NCBI GenBank assembly: GCA_902788275.1
Contig: CADAJV010000005.1
Span: 40,609 to 104,608, forward strand
Reading direction: 5' to 3'
Source: an uncultured Bacteroidales bacterium
GTDB taxonomy: Bacteria > Bacteroidota > Bacteroidia > Bacteroidales > Bacteroidaceae
Length of the DNA: 64,000 nt
Below, piece by piece: positions 38,501 through 44,919 of this stretch. The translations under genes were made by a program, and so were the position numbers. The first letter of the stretch is position 1; the number at the start of each line of letters is the position of its first letter. Below the pieces are notes generated by a model. The model was not told where the DNA came from, did no database searches, and was given only the letters and a program-made list of their open reading frames with translations.

Positions 38501-38883
38501 GAGTGACTGCCGAGCCGGGCGACTTGCTATACGCCTATGCCGACGGTGAACTCTGCGGCTTGGCAGAGGCCGAGGCAGATGATGCGCTGGAGCAGACAGT
38601 ATTCTACATGTCGGTAGGGTGCGATAAGCCGTCACCCATCACCTTCACCCTGGAGCGCAACGGCCAGCTGCTGGGCACCGCTGCCGAGGCAGCCACCTAT
38701 CAGGCCAATGCGGTGGAGGGAACTCCCGACAGTCCCGCTACGCTGCGATTCGGTATCACGGCAGCCGCCTCTGCCTATGAACCCGATGTTTGGTATACTG
38801 TGAGCGGCATTCGCCTCGGTGAGAGCCGTCCTGCCACTCCAGGCATCTATCTGCGCAATGGCCAGAAAATCGTGGTAAGGTAA
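29539..38883 (+). CDS. Giant (3114 aa) secreted protein with carboxypeptidase-regulatory-like and two LamG-like jellyroll domains and a T9SS-type C-terminal tail
   Basis: Signal peptide. GRISGYVTYTDGTALSGRTVLL...DDAGFYEF (CarboxypepD_reg-like). FTVDMMVRP...MVEARLWTKALTDEEI and YTLGLWFRAN...IDEITLWDMALPQNIV (LamG-like). C-terminus WYTVSGIRLGESRPATPGIYLRNGQKIVVR. Confidence 0.8.
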   Translation: MRHFRHLLWLWLPLLLAAPKSAQASDGFETDANFMVTYMGNGVIHFRLLFLDCGKLNYYMTRKDGVRNDGVLVYMTYNDANGTARTVNAFQLYCPSNPSDDNSYANMKIKNIQKDAVLVMTNPHSGNQDAYGGCPITADNQPHDYQVKKSTGYGLKYIEFDYYLPPSYAGLSINFNIDGPTASYGKDLTYQPLVGNPVVMPHLPDTYISDPVFMPSGKNMGYYQMIASNSTGEKMKITSVTELDKNGNTVKDITSQCQADEDGYGILLPARYYTYWAQVDAQIPYSKFHFVNVRTQRVTLQAFHNPADFNLRANWGNNGSSVLTWSVPHPEEDDALSTDVLAVERQLYDSNTGKVDDWEVLDQVVMEKNKSNYQYTDSTTGCYGTPDFNSVRYRLYRYSIGPEEKYISTADMGRKSTQVSYRPIKITSATGREGKVTIKWSETGNEYDGVKRFLPKDARLTLIRTAHYFRNGQRESIETEKDITDSLKAGAHTIIDMGFAPCAQYEYAMVITPNDPARVMKPDTVRVPTVMEPVTEVYSLGNFEASIGYQDKIHLTWDIDRTAFSDVKLYRNTANSNFDNNDEWEEIPFDNKLMYYDDFSVTAGLTYQYKLSATYECTNGIHTLSVKAKGSRRTTGRISGYVTYTDGTALSGRTVLLLNNYGTTVGRMTTDDAGFYEFPDVEYSNKAYTVSVQGNSSDYIQSSFKVFVNADEPFHTEKNFIYTNSVDIDGYVYFEKTTVPVYGAVFKADGKVITDKSGKPVTSDNDGHFTFKVIPGTKKLEASKEGHIFMFDGVYSDNKGNAITIKENVASLYFWDQTKVRTVGRVVGGQDQGDKPLLLGKSQNNLGDELRIVLELEGNQRSWMVKDPLDATYVIKRDTFQHEAAGADHLSRMITERHRVVIEPDKQTGEYIADLLPTRYKVIEVSANGYPSLFQGGKVSEILDLTDSLTTRQIDGDAKRPYRAIYSRIYRCEPSVSICETTAKNETLPYVGRSSYVESTEQGGTVTVPIYDAATKTYTFGYPVLDVGNHYFRIKATENYYYNGIASGVCDSVPLRGGKVKIYDDFAAEQSDTLCDLAQDGTVTLLIDVANTVYDVEGTNALRHLDVTLEHDGQFIDGQSLKAFVMGSQSVTDDVVSADCVLQLQGVLRDPPGSKSYSWIDSETTYTSDFKYEAYGKINLSIGVDITKGVDLMNGAYASSIWTGTQNSSGTAISISPKTIPIIGVGRTYEGHSQFTLNERLQTSDEPDHVGAGADIYYGYELVAAARCIRNVRAVNETTYKYLNSLGLFDGSEGACHLIQKGQNANGIPYYLISDYDYSIGPKAKSNFHYTQDYILNTLIPKLTQIRNSYIYKGTRAEAQAKANATMSNVFLSLRDESDPRFAQDNLDDTLQYISIDRYDQYRDRLNYEVITPEYVQILGLQSQLADRAMMQDSVRIMNRKITQWQYLIALNEYEKLNAIQTIDRVDRSTMDYTSGTPYEVKDNNFYLENHSVSGGTMINHSESLATQVIDDWQVPLFGYDITNVGQEESDKFISNLVSGIMSVGSDATNSMAKNIKAIEKKFGSDQIALYNQDTMKVSFNRDDLGKLDKMKDLAESLSGKTDVHVKAGGFVLNVKIYPQVEANYNVTNNENTSTTVHRGYQLQTGPDEHLSVDVYHDVTSIVSSTTTSGKAKASRKLSCGNYIFRTLGGATRCPHEAQEVTHFYVQGSPISNATAQVEKPRITVEKHIISGVPYGETAKFNLVLSNEGTVRDEGSFDLVPIDATNQLGASLYIDGAPLGSGRSVVVPFGTGMVKVLEVATGLVDDYENIRLALRSQCDPSVADTVSLSVHFTPIASPIAVITPQNKWVLNTNSAQDSRGRYYLPVSLNGFDVNFRNFDHVELQYKQTNEPEARWTNLCSYYSNDSLFAKAAGTKAMIDGGTITTSFFGDSDPVELNYDLRAVTYSRLGNDFVTNSSAVLSGIKDTRRPDIFGSPLPANGILGVGDDLKLVFSEPINANRLLSTNNFRVTGVPNNTDINISTSVVFTSTGGYLTTEAERNFAGGDFTVDMMVRPVLRENTPMELFHYGPEDDGFSFFLNKNGALAARFYNITSGKTESKVFTASGPKVDWSVFRRVVMTYKAEEGAPRFYIDGVEQKLTAADRIETYTGKGVLTFGKGNRYAVPYEGSMVEARLWTKALTDEEIAVTDKTLYGYEVDLCDYYPMNEGIGEEIEDKAQGATLIMKNGVSWATPEGRSLYVNGRSNVRLKPEIFENCTATKSYTLGLWFRANESLNSNFAIMASGIGDTTEVEPVDKLFIGVKDHKLTVSNNTTAITMDRSYCDDQWHQLTLVVDRPANLASVYVDGQLTGQAAAANIGNLFGSFYLGSCQYQTDSTSTNIYRMMGYIDEITLWDMALPQNIVRQRFNEGCDGTEPGLLVYIPFSVQEDQIMGGGTRMEFSSNYYRNAWDTETRQYMVVSKPALMEEPDEFMRSTATYAPVKEKGKVRDLRYKFITKDNELIIALAEPAKDIERTTVNITAMGIEDLNGNEMLQPVQWSAFINRNMVRWSQPRKRVEIPSGMEEDYVFTVDVRNQGGSYKSYTIEGLPSWITIDEGTEGDLEPEEEQTFTISISKDINYGTYDEVLYIRNDEGLVDPLAITVVKSPESPDWTFKKGQLRNMQLCAQIKMGDALVTDKNNIIAAFDYNNNCLGTGHITTDREGKPILYLTIYGQVDQENYLRFRMWDSQSGITYRLHTPEQIYYMPDTICGTYKEPLIFTTTPGITQSLTLVPTWSWISLNVRSEKAGDINQLFKRGKWLGGDQLKDPESKEFYNYDRGTWFYSKPDKPDSLTCERMYFLKSQNAQTLQIEGEVLTEPADRTIDIHPEWNYIGFTPVVNVPLEEALADFLSKASEGDIIKSQDEFAYFHKGTGWKGNLQYMKPGKGYMLYHTRTAASPDSLVTFTYPNKNATAGVKSKAFNSEDREQRKDDAPLFSCHKLTTMNMILRAEGVTAEPGDLLYAYADGELCGLAEAEADDALEQTVFYMSVGCDKPSPITFTLERNGQLLGTAAEAATYQANAVEGTPDSPATLRFGITAAASAYEPDVWYTVSGIRLGESRPATPGIYLRNGQKIVVR

Positions 38884-38916
38884 CTGTTAACCGTTAACCA
38901 ATAACCGTTAAACGTT
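38881..38916. repeat. CCGTTAAC array starting at the stop codon of the giant gene
   Basis: taactgttaaccgttaaccaataaccgttaaacgtt. Confidence 0.9.
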
Positions 38917-38942
38917 CTAAATAGTACATAAATCGTACATTG

Positions 38943-39006
38943 TAAATAGCGAAAGCGTGTTAAGAGTAAAAAGGCTTTACTCCTTTACTCCTTACTCTTA
39001 AAAAAC
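38943..39006. repeat. TAAATAGCGAAAGCGTGTTAA word plus TAAGAGTAAA / CTTTACTCC...TTACTCTTA hairpin array
   Basis: The 20-nt word recurs at 54046-54066. The CTTTACTCC units belong to the GGAGTAAG family. Confidence 0.8.
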
Positions 39007-39041
39007 TTGACTCGTCAACTTAAAACTAATAGATTATTAAT

Positions 39042-39848
39042 ATGAAAAGGTCGTCTTCAATACTTCGATACTTCAATATCTCAATATTGACAGCAGTGTG
39101 CGCGCTGGCAATGGGCAGCTGCAGCTCGTCCGATGATGATAATACGGGCCCCGTTCCGTTTGGTGGAGAGGCTCCCGACTGGAAGGTAGAGTTCAGTATG
39201 CCCAAGGGAGATATCCAAGGCTGTCCCAACTGGCAGGAAGAGAACTTCTTTGAGTTTGAAAATACCATGACCGCCATGATATTCTTGCCGGATGAGATGG
39301 GCCCCTATGTCAGCCAGGATGATCGCCTCGCCTCCATCATCGACGGAGAGGTGCGCGACATAGCCGTGCCCGTAAAGTATCTTAACGACGAGTATATCTT
39401 CATGGCCATGGTTCCCTTTGAGAGCGATGATCAGATGGTGGAACTGCAGTATTATAACGCCAAGGCCAATCAGACCTACGTGTTTAAGGATGCCTTCAAT
39501 GTATGGGATGATACTGTGGGCAGTCAGGACACCGGGATATACGTGCTGATGATGAAGCGTTTCTGCAGTATGTATATAGATCTGGCACTAAATCAGCCCT
39601 TCCCCCTCGACAGCGGCGATATGCTTGCCATCTTTAATGGCGATGCATGCTGCGGCGTGGGCGAGGCGGGCCCCGGAGGTCAGTGGGTTGTGGATGGCGT
39701 CATTCCATGGGATTGGAAGAGTCCCTCCACTGACTGGCCCAAGCTCAGTCTGCGCTACTACAGCGCAAAGAAGAAGGCCATCTATACCATTTCCGACCTT
39801 ATCGATCTCGGGGTAGATGACTCTACCTACAGCAACATTCAGTTCTAA
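39042..39848 (+). CDS. Hypothetical lipoprotein
   Basis: Lipobox LAMGSC followed by SSSDDDN. No recognised domain. Last gene of the T9SS cargo locus. Confidence 0.6.
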   Translation: MKRSSSILRYFNISILTAVCALAMGSCSSSDDDNTGPVPFGGEAPDWKVEFSMPKGDIQGCPNWQEENFFEFENTMTAMIFLPDEMGPYVSQDDRLASIIDGEVRDIAVPVKYLNDEYIFMAMVPFESDDQMVELQYYNAKANQTYVFKDAFNVWDDTVGSQDTGIYVLMMKRFCSMYIDLALNQPFPLDSGDMLAIFNGDACCGVGEAGPGGQWVVDGVIPWDWKSPSTDWPKLSLRYYSAKKKAIYTISDLIDLGVDDSTYSNIQF

Positions 39849-39968
39849 GGCGCTTTGCGTGATAGGAAGGTCAGGGCCCGCATTGCCCGGAGGCCGTTTG
39901 CGCATTGCTGTTTAGAGCTCGCACTTCACGGCTGATAGCTGACATTCACTTCAACCATCAATAATAGT

Positions 39969-40018
39969 GCCGGACACTCTGCATGAAGAGAGTGTCCGGC
40001 GCTATCTTCTTTCTTTGC
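39969..40018 (+). terminator. Hairpin GCCGGACACTCT-loop-AGAGTGTCCGGC followed by a T-rich tract
   Basis: 12-bp perfect stem, then gctatcttctttctttgc. Confidence 0.6.
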
Positions 40019-40311
40019 AAGTAAAGAGAATCTCTGCCGGGAAAACGATGGAAGTCGGTTTCATACAAAAAAATGAAGGAATAACATCATGGATAATGTT
40101 AAATGGATAGTAAATTGCGTCGGGAAGATGGCTTCTCTACGCGCGGAGTCCTCTTTTTGATGTGGAGGCTTGGCCTTTGCTCTGAATAAGACAGGTATAT
40201 AGCTCCCATAAGACAATGCGCACATCATAAGACGGGAGCTGTGCGCGCATTGTTGATCGGCTAAAAAAGAATTAAAAGATTGAAAAATAGAAAAGGATAA
40301 TAAGGTATTGT

Positions 40312-40935
40312 CTATTTTATGCTGTACCTTGCGTTGTACCCGTGGGTGCTGAGTCGGCTGAGCAGTTGGTCTATTTGTGGTGTGAGGGGCGTGATGCCGT
40401 CGTTGGTGATGGTGTGGTCGGCGAGGTCTGCTTTTTCTTCTTGGGGCATCTGGAGGCCAATCCACTCGAGGGCTTTGTCGCGGGTTATATGGTCGCGGCG
40501 CATGATGCGGCTGACGCGTACCTCAAGGGGGGCGACGACGGCGAGTGTGGCGGTGCAGTCGGTATTGAAGCCTGATTCAAAGAGCAGGGCGCTCTCGACG
40601 GCGAGCAAAGGCGAAGCTCCCTCTGACTCTCTTTTTATCCAGCGGCGCATACGCTCGCGTACACGCGGGTGTACTATTTTATTTATATTGTCGGCATACT
40701 CCGGGCCACGGCAGATATAGTCGGCGAGCACTGCCTTGACAGGACGGCCGTCTGGGCTGATGGCCTCGGGACCGAGCAGGGCGATGAGTTCGCGGTGGAT
40801 GTCGGCGTTGTCGCGCATCTCAGCCTTGGCTTCGTCATCGGTGTAGAAGACGGGGATGCCGCGCTCCTCAAGCAGGGCGCAGACGAGGCTCTTGCCGCTA
40901 CCAATGCTGCCAGTAATGCCGAGAACGTGTTTCAT
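40312..40935 (-). CDS. coaE: Dephospho-CoA kinase
   Basis: GITGSIGSGKS P-loop at the N-terminus and the usual length. Confidence 0.9.
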   Translation of the reverse strand: MKHVLGITGSIGSGKSLVCALLEERGIPVFYTDDEAKAEMRDNADIHRELIALLGPEAISPDGRPVKAVLADYICRGPEYADNINKIVHPRVRERMRRWIKRESEGASPLLAVESALLFESGFNTDCTATLAVVAPLEVRVSRIMRRDHITRDKALEWIGLQMPQEEKADLADHTITNDGITPLTPQIDQLLSRLSTHGYNARYSIK

Positions 40936-40937
40936 TA

Positions 40938-41060
40938 GAATTGAAGAATTGAAGAATTGAAAAACTAAAGAATTAAAAATTGAAGAATTAAAGAGTTGAA
41001 AAATTGAAGAATTTAAGGATTTAAGAATTGAAGTTCATTTTTCCATTCTTCAACTTTCCT
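40938..41060. repeat. GAATTGAA/GAATTAAA array with short inverted 3' arm (TTCCATTCTTCAAC)
   Basis: agaattgaagaattgaagaattgaaaaactaaagaattaaaaattgaagaattaaagagttgaaaaattgaagaatttaagg... Confidence 0.9.
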
Positions 41061-42040
41061 TAAAAGTCGCTGTCCTCGATGATAAACTCTACCTCGTCGG
41101 GCTGGATGCGGACATGGCTGATGCCCTCAGGCTTGGTCTTGAGGGTAAGGTGGAGGCGGCCGGTGTTGTTGTTGGCCACTTCGTCGTAGCTGACGACGAT
41201 GGCAAATTTGTCAGCCGTGATGTCGCGATATTGCTTGAGGCCTACTTGGAAGACAACGTTGACTATGCCGGGGAATGTCTTGAGGGTTTTGCCTGCGGGG
41301 AAGTTGATGTGGTCAACGCGCACGGGCAGTGTCTTCTCGGTCATCTGGTCAACATTGATGGTGGCCTTGACTTTGGCGGGCATGGCTTTCGCTCCGCGTA
41401 TTGGGGCGAGGTCTGCGCTGACGGTCTTGCGTTCGCTGAGGTTTTCAAGGGTGAGGGGCTTGGTATAGACGGCACGCAGGGTGTCGAGTATCTCCTTGGC
41501 GGCATATACCTTGACGGTGGCAGGGGAGGCGGTGATGCCTGTGATGCAGTAGAGTGAGTCGGCGGTGATGTCGCCAGTGACTCTGACAGGCACGCTCTTG
41601 TTGAGACCGAAGTTGTAAAAGTATTCCACGGTGTCGGGGCTGAAACCTGCCACGCTGGTGGTGCCCTGCAGACGGCTGATGATGTTGCGTGTGAGGTCGC
41701 TGGTGAGCAGGGCTACGTGGCCGGAGCGGGTGTCGTAGTCCTTAAAGTCGAGGGTGATGCTGCCCAGGCTGTGGGTGTATTTGTAGCGCAGCAGCAGTCC
41801 GCCGTGGTCGCGGACGCGGATTTTTATCTCCTTGGGCGGCGGGGTGGTGAGCACCACGTTGTCAGGCACGTTTTTGAGCTTGACGGGCACGGGTATCTCT
41901 ACCTCATATACATCTTCTAGGGTGAGGAAGAGCCAGAAGCCTGCCGAGAGGGTCAGAAAAAACAGAAAAGCCCAAAAGTTTCTGTTGAGCTGACTCCTCA
42001 GAAACTTCAGGGATTTTCCTATCTTGCCTGATGTGGACAC
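41060..42040 (-). CDS. YbbR-like domain-containing protein
   Basis: N-terminal TM helix plus repeated YbbR-type beta domains. Conserved position between yajC and coaE. Confidence 0.7.
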   Translation of the reverse strand: MSTSGKIGKSLKFLRSQLNRNFWAFLFFLTLSAGFWLFLTLEDVYEVEIPVPVKLKNVPDNVVLTTPPPKEIKIRVRDHGGLLLRYKYTHSLGSITLDFKDYDTRSGHVALLTSDLTRNIISRLQGTTSVAGFSPDTVEYFYNFGLNKSVPVRVTGDITADSLYCITGITASPATVKVYAAKEILDTLRAVYTKPLTLENLSERKTVSADLAPIRGAKAMPAKVKATINVDQMTEKTLPVRVDHINFPAGKTLKTFPGIVNVVFQVGLKQYRDITADKFAIVVSYDEVANNNTGRLHLTLKTKPEGISHVRIQPDEVEFIIEDSDF

Positions 42041-42052
42041 GAGGCTTTTTTT

Positions 42053-42147
42053 ATTTCACGATTTGACAATTTCACGATTTGACAATTTGGCCAAGTCCAG
42101 AATAATAAACAGGACTTCGCTAAACCTCAAATCTCAAACCTAAAATC
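42053..42147. repeat. 2x ATTTCACGATTTGACA, split palindrome GCCAAGTCCAG...CAGGACTTCGC, then CTCAAAC array
   Basis: Direct reading: 42053-42068 and 42069-42084 are identical. Confidence 0.85.
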
Positions 42148-42497
42148 TACTTGCCTTGCTGTGCCTCGGCAGCACTGCCGGCGTTGGCGTAGATGGAGGA
42201 CTTCTCGATGGTTATCTTGACGTTTTGGGCAATCTCCAGTACGACGGTGTTGTTGGCATCGTTGACCTCGCGGATAGTGCCGTGGAGGCCGCCTGCGGTG
42301 ACTACCTGGTTGCCTACGCCGAGGTTGCGGCGGAATTCCTCGATTTTTTTCTGCCTATTCTTCTGCGGGCGAATCATGAAGAAGTACATGATGGCGAAGA
42401 TGGCGATAATCATGATCCAGAAGCTCCACTGGCTTCCCTGGGGATTCTGCTGGGCTGCTCCCTTGGCTGCCTGCAGTAATGTGATTGAAAGTAACAT
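42147..42497 (-). CDS. yajC: Preprotein translocase subunit YajC
   Basis: Single TM helix followed by MIRPQKNRQKK...GNQVVTAGGLHGTI. Confidence 0.9.
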   Translation of the reverse strand: MLLSITLLQAAKGAAQQNPQGSQWSFWIMIIAIFAIMYFFMIRPQKNRQKKIEEFRRNLGVGNQVVTAGGLHGTIREVNDANNTVVLEIAQNVKITIEKSSIYANAGSAAEAQQGK

Positions 42498-42501
42498 TTT
42501 T

Positions 42502-42592
42502 TATTTGAAATTTGAAATTTGAAATTTGAAATTTAGCCAAGTCCGGACTTGGGGAGTATAATACCTCTAACCTATAACCTATAACCTATAAC
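42502..42592. repeat. TTTGAAA array, perfect 16-bp palindrome CCAAGTCCGGACTTGG (42536-42551), CTATAACC array
   Basis: Direct reading. Confidence 0.9.
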
Positions 42593-42610
42593 CATTTACA
42601 CGTTTATTGC

Positions 42611-43540
42611 TTATTTCAGCAGCTTGCCCTGGGCGCGCAGTTCGCGAACGATGCTGTCGAGGGTGCCGTTGATGAACCTGACGCTTTTGATGGCGCAGTA
42701 TAGCTTGGCTATGTTGATGTACTCATTGAGTGAGACGTTGACGCTGATTTCGGGGAAGCGCGTTATCTCGGCCAGTGCTGTAAGCATGACGGCTACGTCC
42801 ATCTTGGCCAGGCGGTCGAAGTCCCAGTTGCGTATGTGGTCGGTGATGAGCTGCTGGTTGGCCTCGCGGTCGCTCAGGGCGCGGAGCAGCAGGTCGGTGC
42901 CGAAGCGGTGGTCGTCGTCGTTGTTGTACTGCTCCAGCAGTGGCTGCTTGTCGCCGTTGGCTTCCTCAAAGCGTTTGATGGTCTTGAGCACGAAGGTGTC
43001 GATGACGTAGCGGTCGCAGTTCCAGTAGATGCTCCACTCCTCAAGGGCCTCGTCCACCATGTCATTGTCGAGGATGAACTTCTTGTATGCTGTGCGCCAG
43101 AACTCGCGGTCGGCCTCATAGCTGTCGTCGTCGCTGGCCATGTATGCTTCGTACTCGGGGCTTGCCACAATCAGGTTGTAGATGTTGTGGACCACGTCCT
43201 CATGGTCAGTCCACTGCAGGTCCTTGTGGTTGAGAGTGAATGTCTCCAGTTTGCGGTTGCTCTCCAGCTGGGAGACGAAGCGGTTTCTTACGAAGCGGTC
43301 ACTGGGCAGCTTGGCATGCTTGTTTCGCTCCAGCAGCTGCTGGCAGGTAATCTCATACTGGCGGTCGGCGTAGTCGGTGACCTCGCAGATGAGATTGAGC
43401 ATATGGTGGTACAGATAATACGCCTGGGAGAGGCTCTCGTCCATCTCCTTGAGCACGTCGTCAAGATCCTTGCCTCCGTTGACGAGGTTGGCATAAACCA
43501 ACTGTACCGCCTTAATCCTTATCAATTCTCTGTTAATCAT
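42611..43540 (-). CDS. nusB: Transcription antitermination factor NusB (long Bacteroidota form)
   Basis: MINRELIRIKAVQLVYA start. The C-terminal NusB fold includes FPEISVNVSLNEYINIAKLY. The tracked ORF start at 43585 overlaps the predicted -7 box. Confidence 0.85.
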   Translation of the reverse strand: MINRELIRIKAVQLVYANLVNGGKDLDDVLKEMDESLSQAYYLYHHMLNLICEVTDYADRQYEITCQQLLERNKHAKLPSDRFVRNRFVSQLESNRKLETFTLNHKDLQWTDHEDVVHNIYNLIVASPEYEAYMASDDDSYEADREFWRTAYKKFILDNDMVDEALEEWSIYWNCDRYVIDTFVLKTIKRFEEANGDKQPLLEQYNNDDDHRFGTDLLLRALSDREANQQLITDHIRNWDFDRLAKMDVAVMLTALAEITRFPEISVNVSLNEYINIAKLYCAIKSVRFINGTLDSIVRELRAQGKLLK

Positions 43541-43582
43541 GCATATATAGCTTTGGCGGCTCCGCATGAGCCGAATGGTATG

Positions 43583-43590
43583 CAAAAATA
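43583..43590 (-). promoter_or_regulatory. Candidate -7 box TATTTTTG for nusB operon
   Basis: The reverse complement of caaaaata matches TAnnTTTG, 43 nt upstream of the ATG at 43540. Confidence 0.5.
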
Positions 43591-43728
43591 GGAATAAAAA
43601 ATGAATTATGAGGATTGTGGCTGCCGAAATCTGCTATTTGGCAGTTAAAACAGGCGGTCTTGGCAGCATAATCTGCTAAAATTGGCAATGATATAGATGT
43701 TGGCACAGATTACACCACCTGCGAAATG

Positions 43729-43908
43729 GTCATACGCACCTGTTACTGTTAAGTTTGTATCATACGCCCCCGGCAGCAAGCTGCCACCCCCTCTATCTTA
43801 GAGGGGGAGCCGTCTCCTTGCCATCAAAAGCCTCGCGGAGCGAGGGAGTACCCCGAAGGGGGGAGGGCGTATGAAAGTAACTATGACCGACAGGGGCGTA
43901 TGAAATAA
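43729..43908. repeat. MITE-like TATCATACGCCCCCG-terminus element, copy 3 (right end degenerate)
   Basis: The left half GTATCATACGCCCCCGGCAGCAAGCTGCCACCCCCTCTATCTTAGAGGGGGAG is nearly identical to copy 2. Flanked by 20-bp inverted repeats at 43686-43705 and 43927-43946. Confidence 0.75.
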
Positions 43909-43946
43909 CAGTGATTGCCATATTAATGCCAACTGCTATATCATTG

Positions 43947-44321
43947 TCAAATTTTATATAAATTGTAAGCTATGCTGCATACGACATAAATGTATATAAT
44001 AGTTCCTATATGCCGTTCTATGAAAGTCCGGTCGTATGCGCTGTTGTCATGCACTGCAATGACAAGGTCGTGAATTTCTTTCTTTGCTTCCTCTGCCGGC
44101 AATGATGTTATGGCAGTCAGTTCTTCGTCAGTGAAGTCGTACATCCCTAATAGTTTTCGAGGGAATCTGCGGAATCTCCCCATAAGTCTTATGACAGCCT
44201 GCTCTTTCAGCTCTTGGTCGTCGAAGACAAACGCAATGTGCAGTTTTTCAATGCTGTATCGCTTTATCCATTGGTTAATACGCCCTCTAAATCTTTTCAG
44301 TTTTCGTAGGAAGTTGTTCAT
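43947..44321 (-). CDS. Hypothetical protein (AT-rich gene)
   Basis: 124-aa ORF overlapping the 3' end of the GNAT gene by 35 nt. No recognised motif. Composition differs from the neighbours. Confidence 0.4.
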   Translation of the reverse strand: MNNFLRKLKRFRGRINQWIKRYSIEKLHIAFVFDDQELKEQAVIRLMGRFRRFPRKLLGMYDFTDEELTAITSLPAEEAKKEIHDLVIAVHDNSAYDRTFIERHIGTIIYIYVVCSIAYNLYKI

Positions 44322-44775
44322 TGCTGGTCGTAATTTGTTGTTTGGTAATATTAGGATGCAGCTGATAGACGTTGGTCTGCTTGGTTTCCATCAGCTGTGA
44401 GTAGATGTGGTTGGCAGCGTGGCGCGAGGGCCGCGAGGTGAGCATCAGCTTGGCGGTGGGGTAGAGGTGGTGGGCTTCGCTGATGGCGGCCTTCACCAGC
44501 TGGCGGCCGAGCCCCTGCCCCTGGTGGCTGTGGGCAATGACCACGTCCTCCAGCCATACGGTGAGGCCGCAGGGGTGGAGGGTGGTGCAGAGGGTGAACA
44601 TGCCGATGGCTTCGTCGCCCTCGCGTATTATATAAAGGTGGGTGTGGCTGTCGCTGACTATCTGGCTCAGCTGTCCGATGGTGAGGGGTTGAGCGGTGGC
44701 GCTGAGCCCGGGCAGCAGCCTGTTGACGGCGGCAAGAGCCTCGGTGGTGGCGGTGGTCTGTTCGGTTATCTGCAT
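44287..44775 (-). CDS. GNAT family N-acetyltransferase
   Basis: Acetyl-CoA motif VIAHSHQGQGLGRQLV. Start set at MQITEQ, 24 nt downstream of a -7 box. Confidence 0.75.
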   Translation of the reverse strand: MQITEQTTATTEALAAVNRLLPGLSATAQPLTIGQLSQIVSDSHTHLYIIREGDEAIGMFTLCTTLHPCGLTVWLEDVVIAHSHQGQGLGRQLVKAAISEAHHLYPTAKLMLTSRPSRHAANHIYSQLMETKQTNVYQLHPNITKQQITTSNEQLPTKTEKI

Positions 44776-44798
44776 GGCATGGGCCTTATTACGTGGTG

Positions 44799-44806
44799 CA
44801 AAGTTA
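44799..44806 (-). promoter_or_regulatory. Candidate -7 box TAACTTTG for the GNAT gene
   Basis: The reverse complement of caaagtta matches TAnnTTTG. Confidence 0.5.
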
Positions 44807-44919
44807 GTGAAAAAGATGCATATGTCTGCCAATATGGCAGACTGTTTCTTTGGTACAAGAGTTGAAAATAGGGTAGTCAGACACACACGAAGACAATAAC
44901 AAATTAAAAAAGAGATACT

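Noticed and set aside
43947-44775. GNAT toxin / antitoxin (TacT-TacA-like) module
   Set aside because: The small gene is downstream rather than upstream. It shows no RHH or DUF1778-like motif, and the GNAT looks like an ordinary acetyltransferase. The evidence is insufficient.
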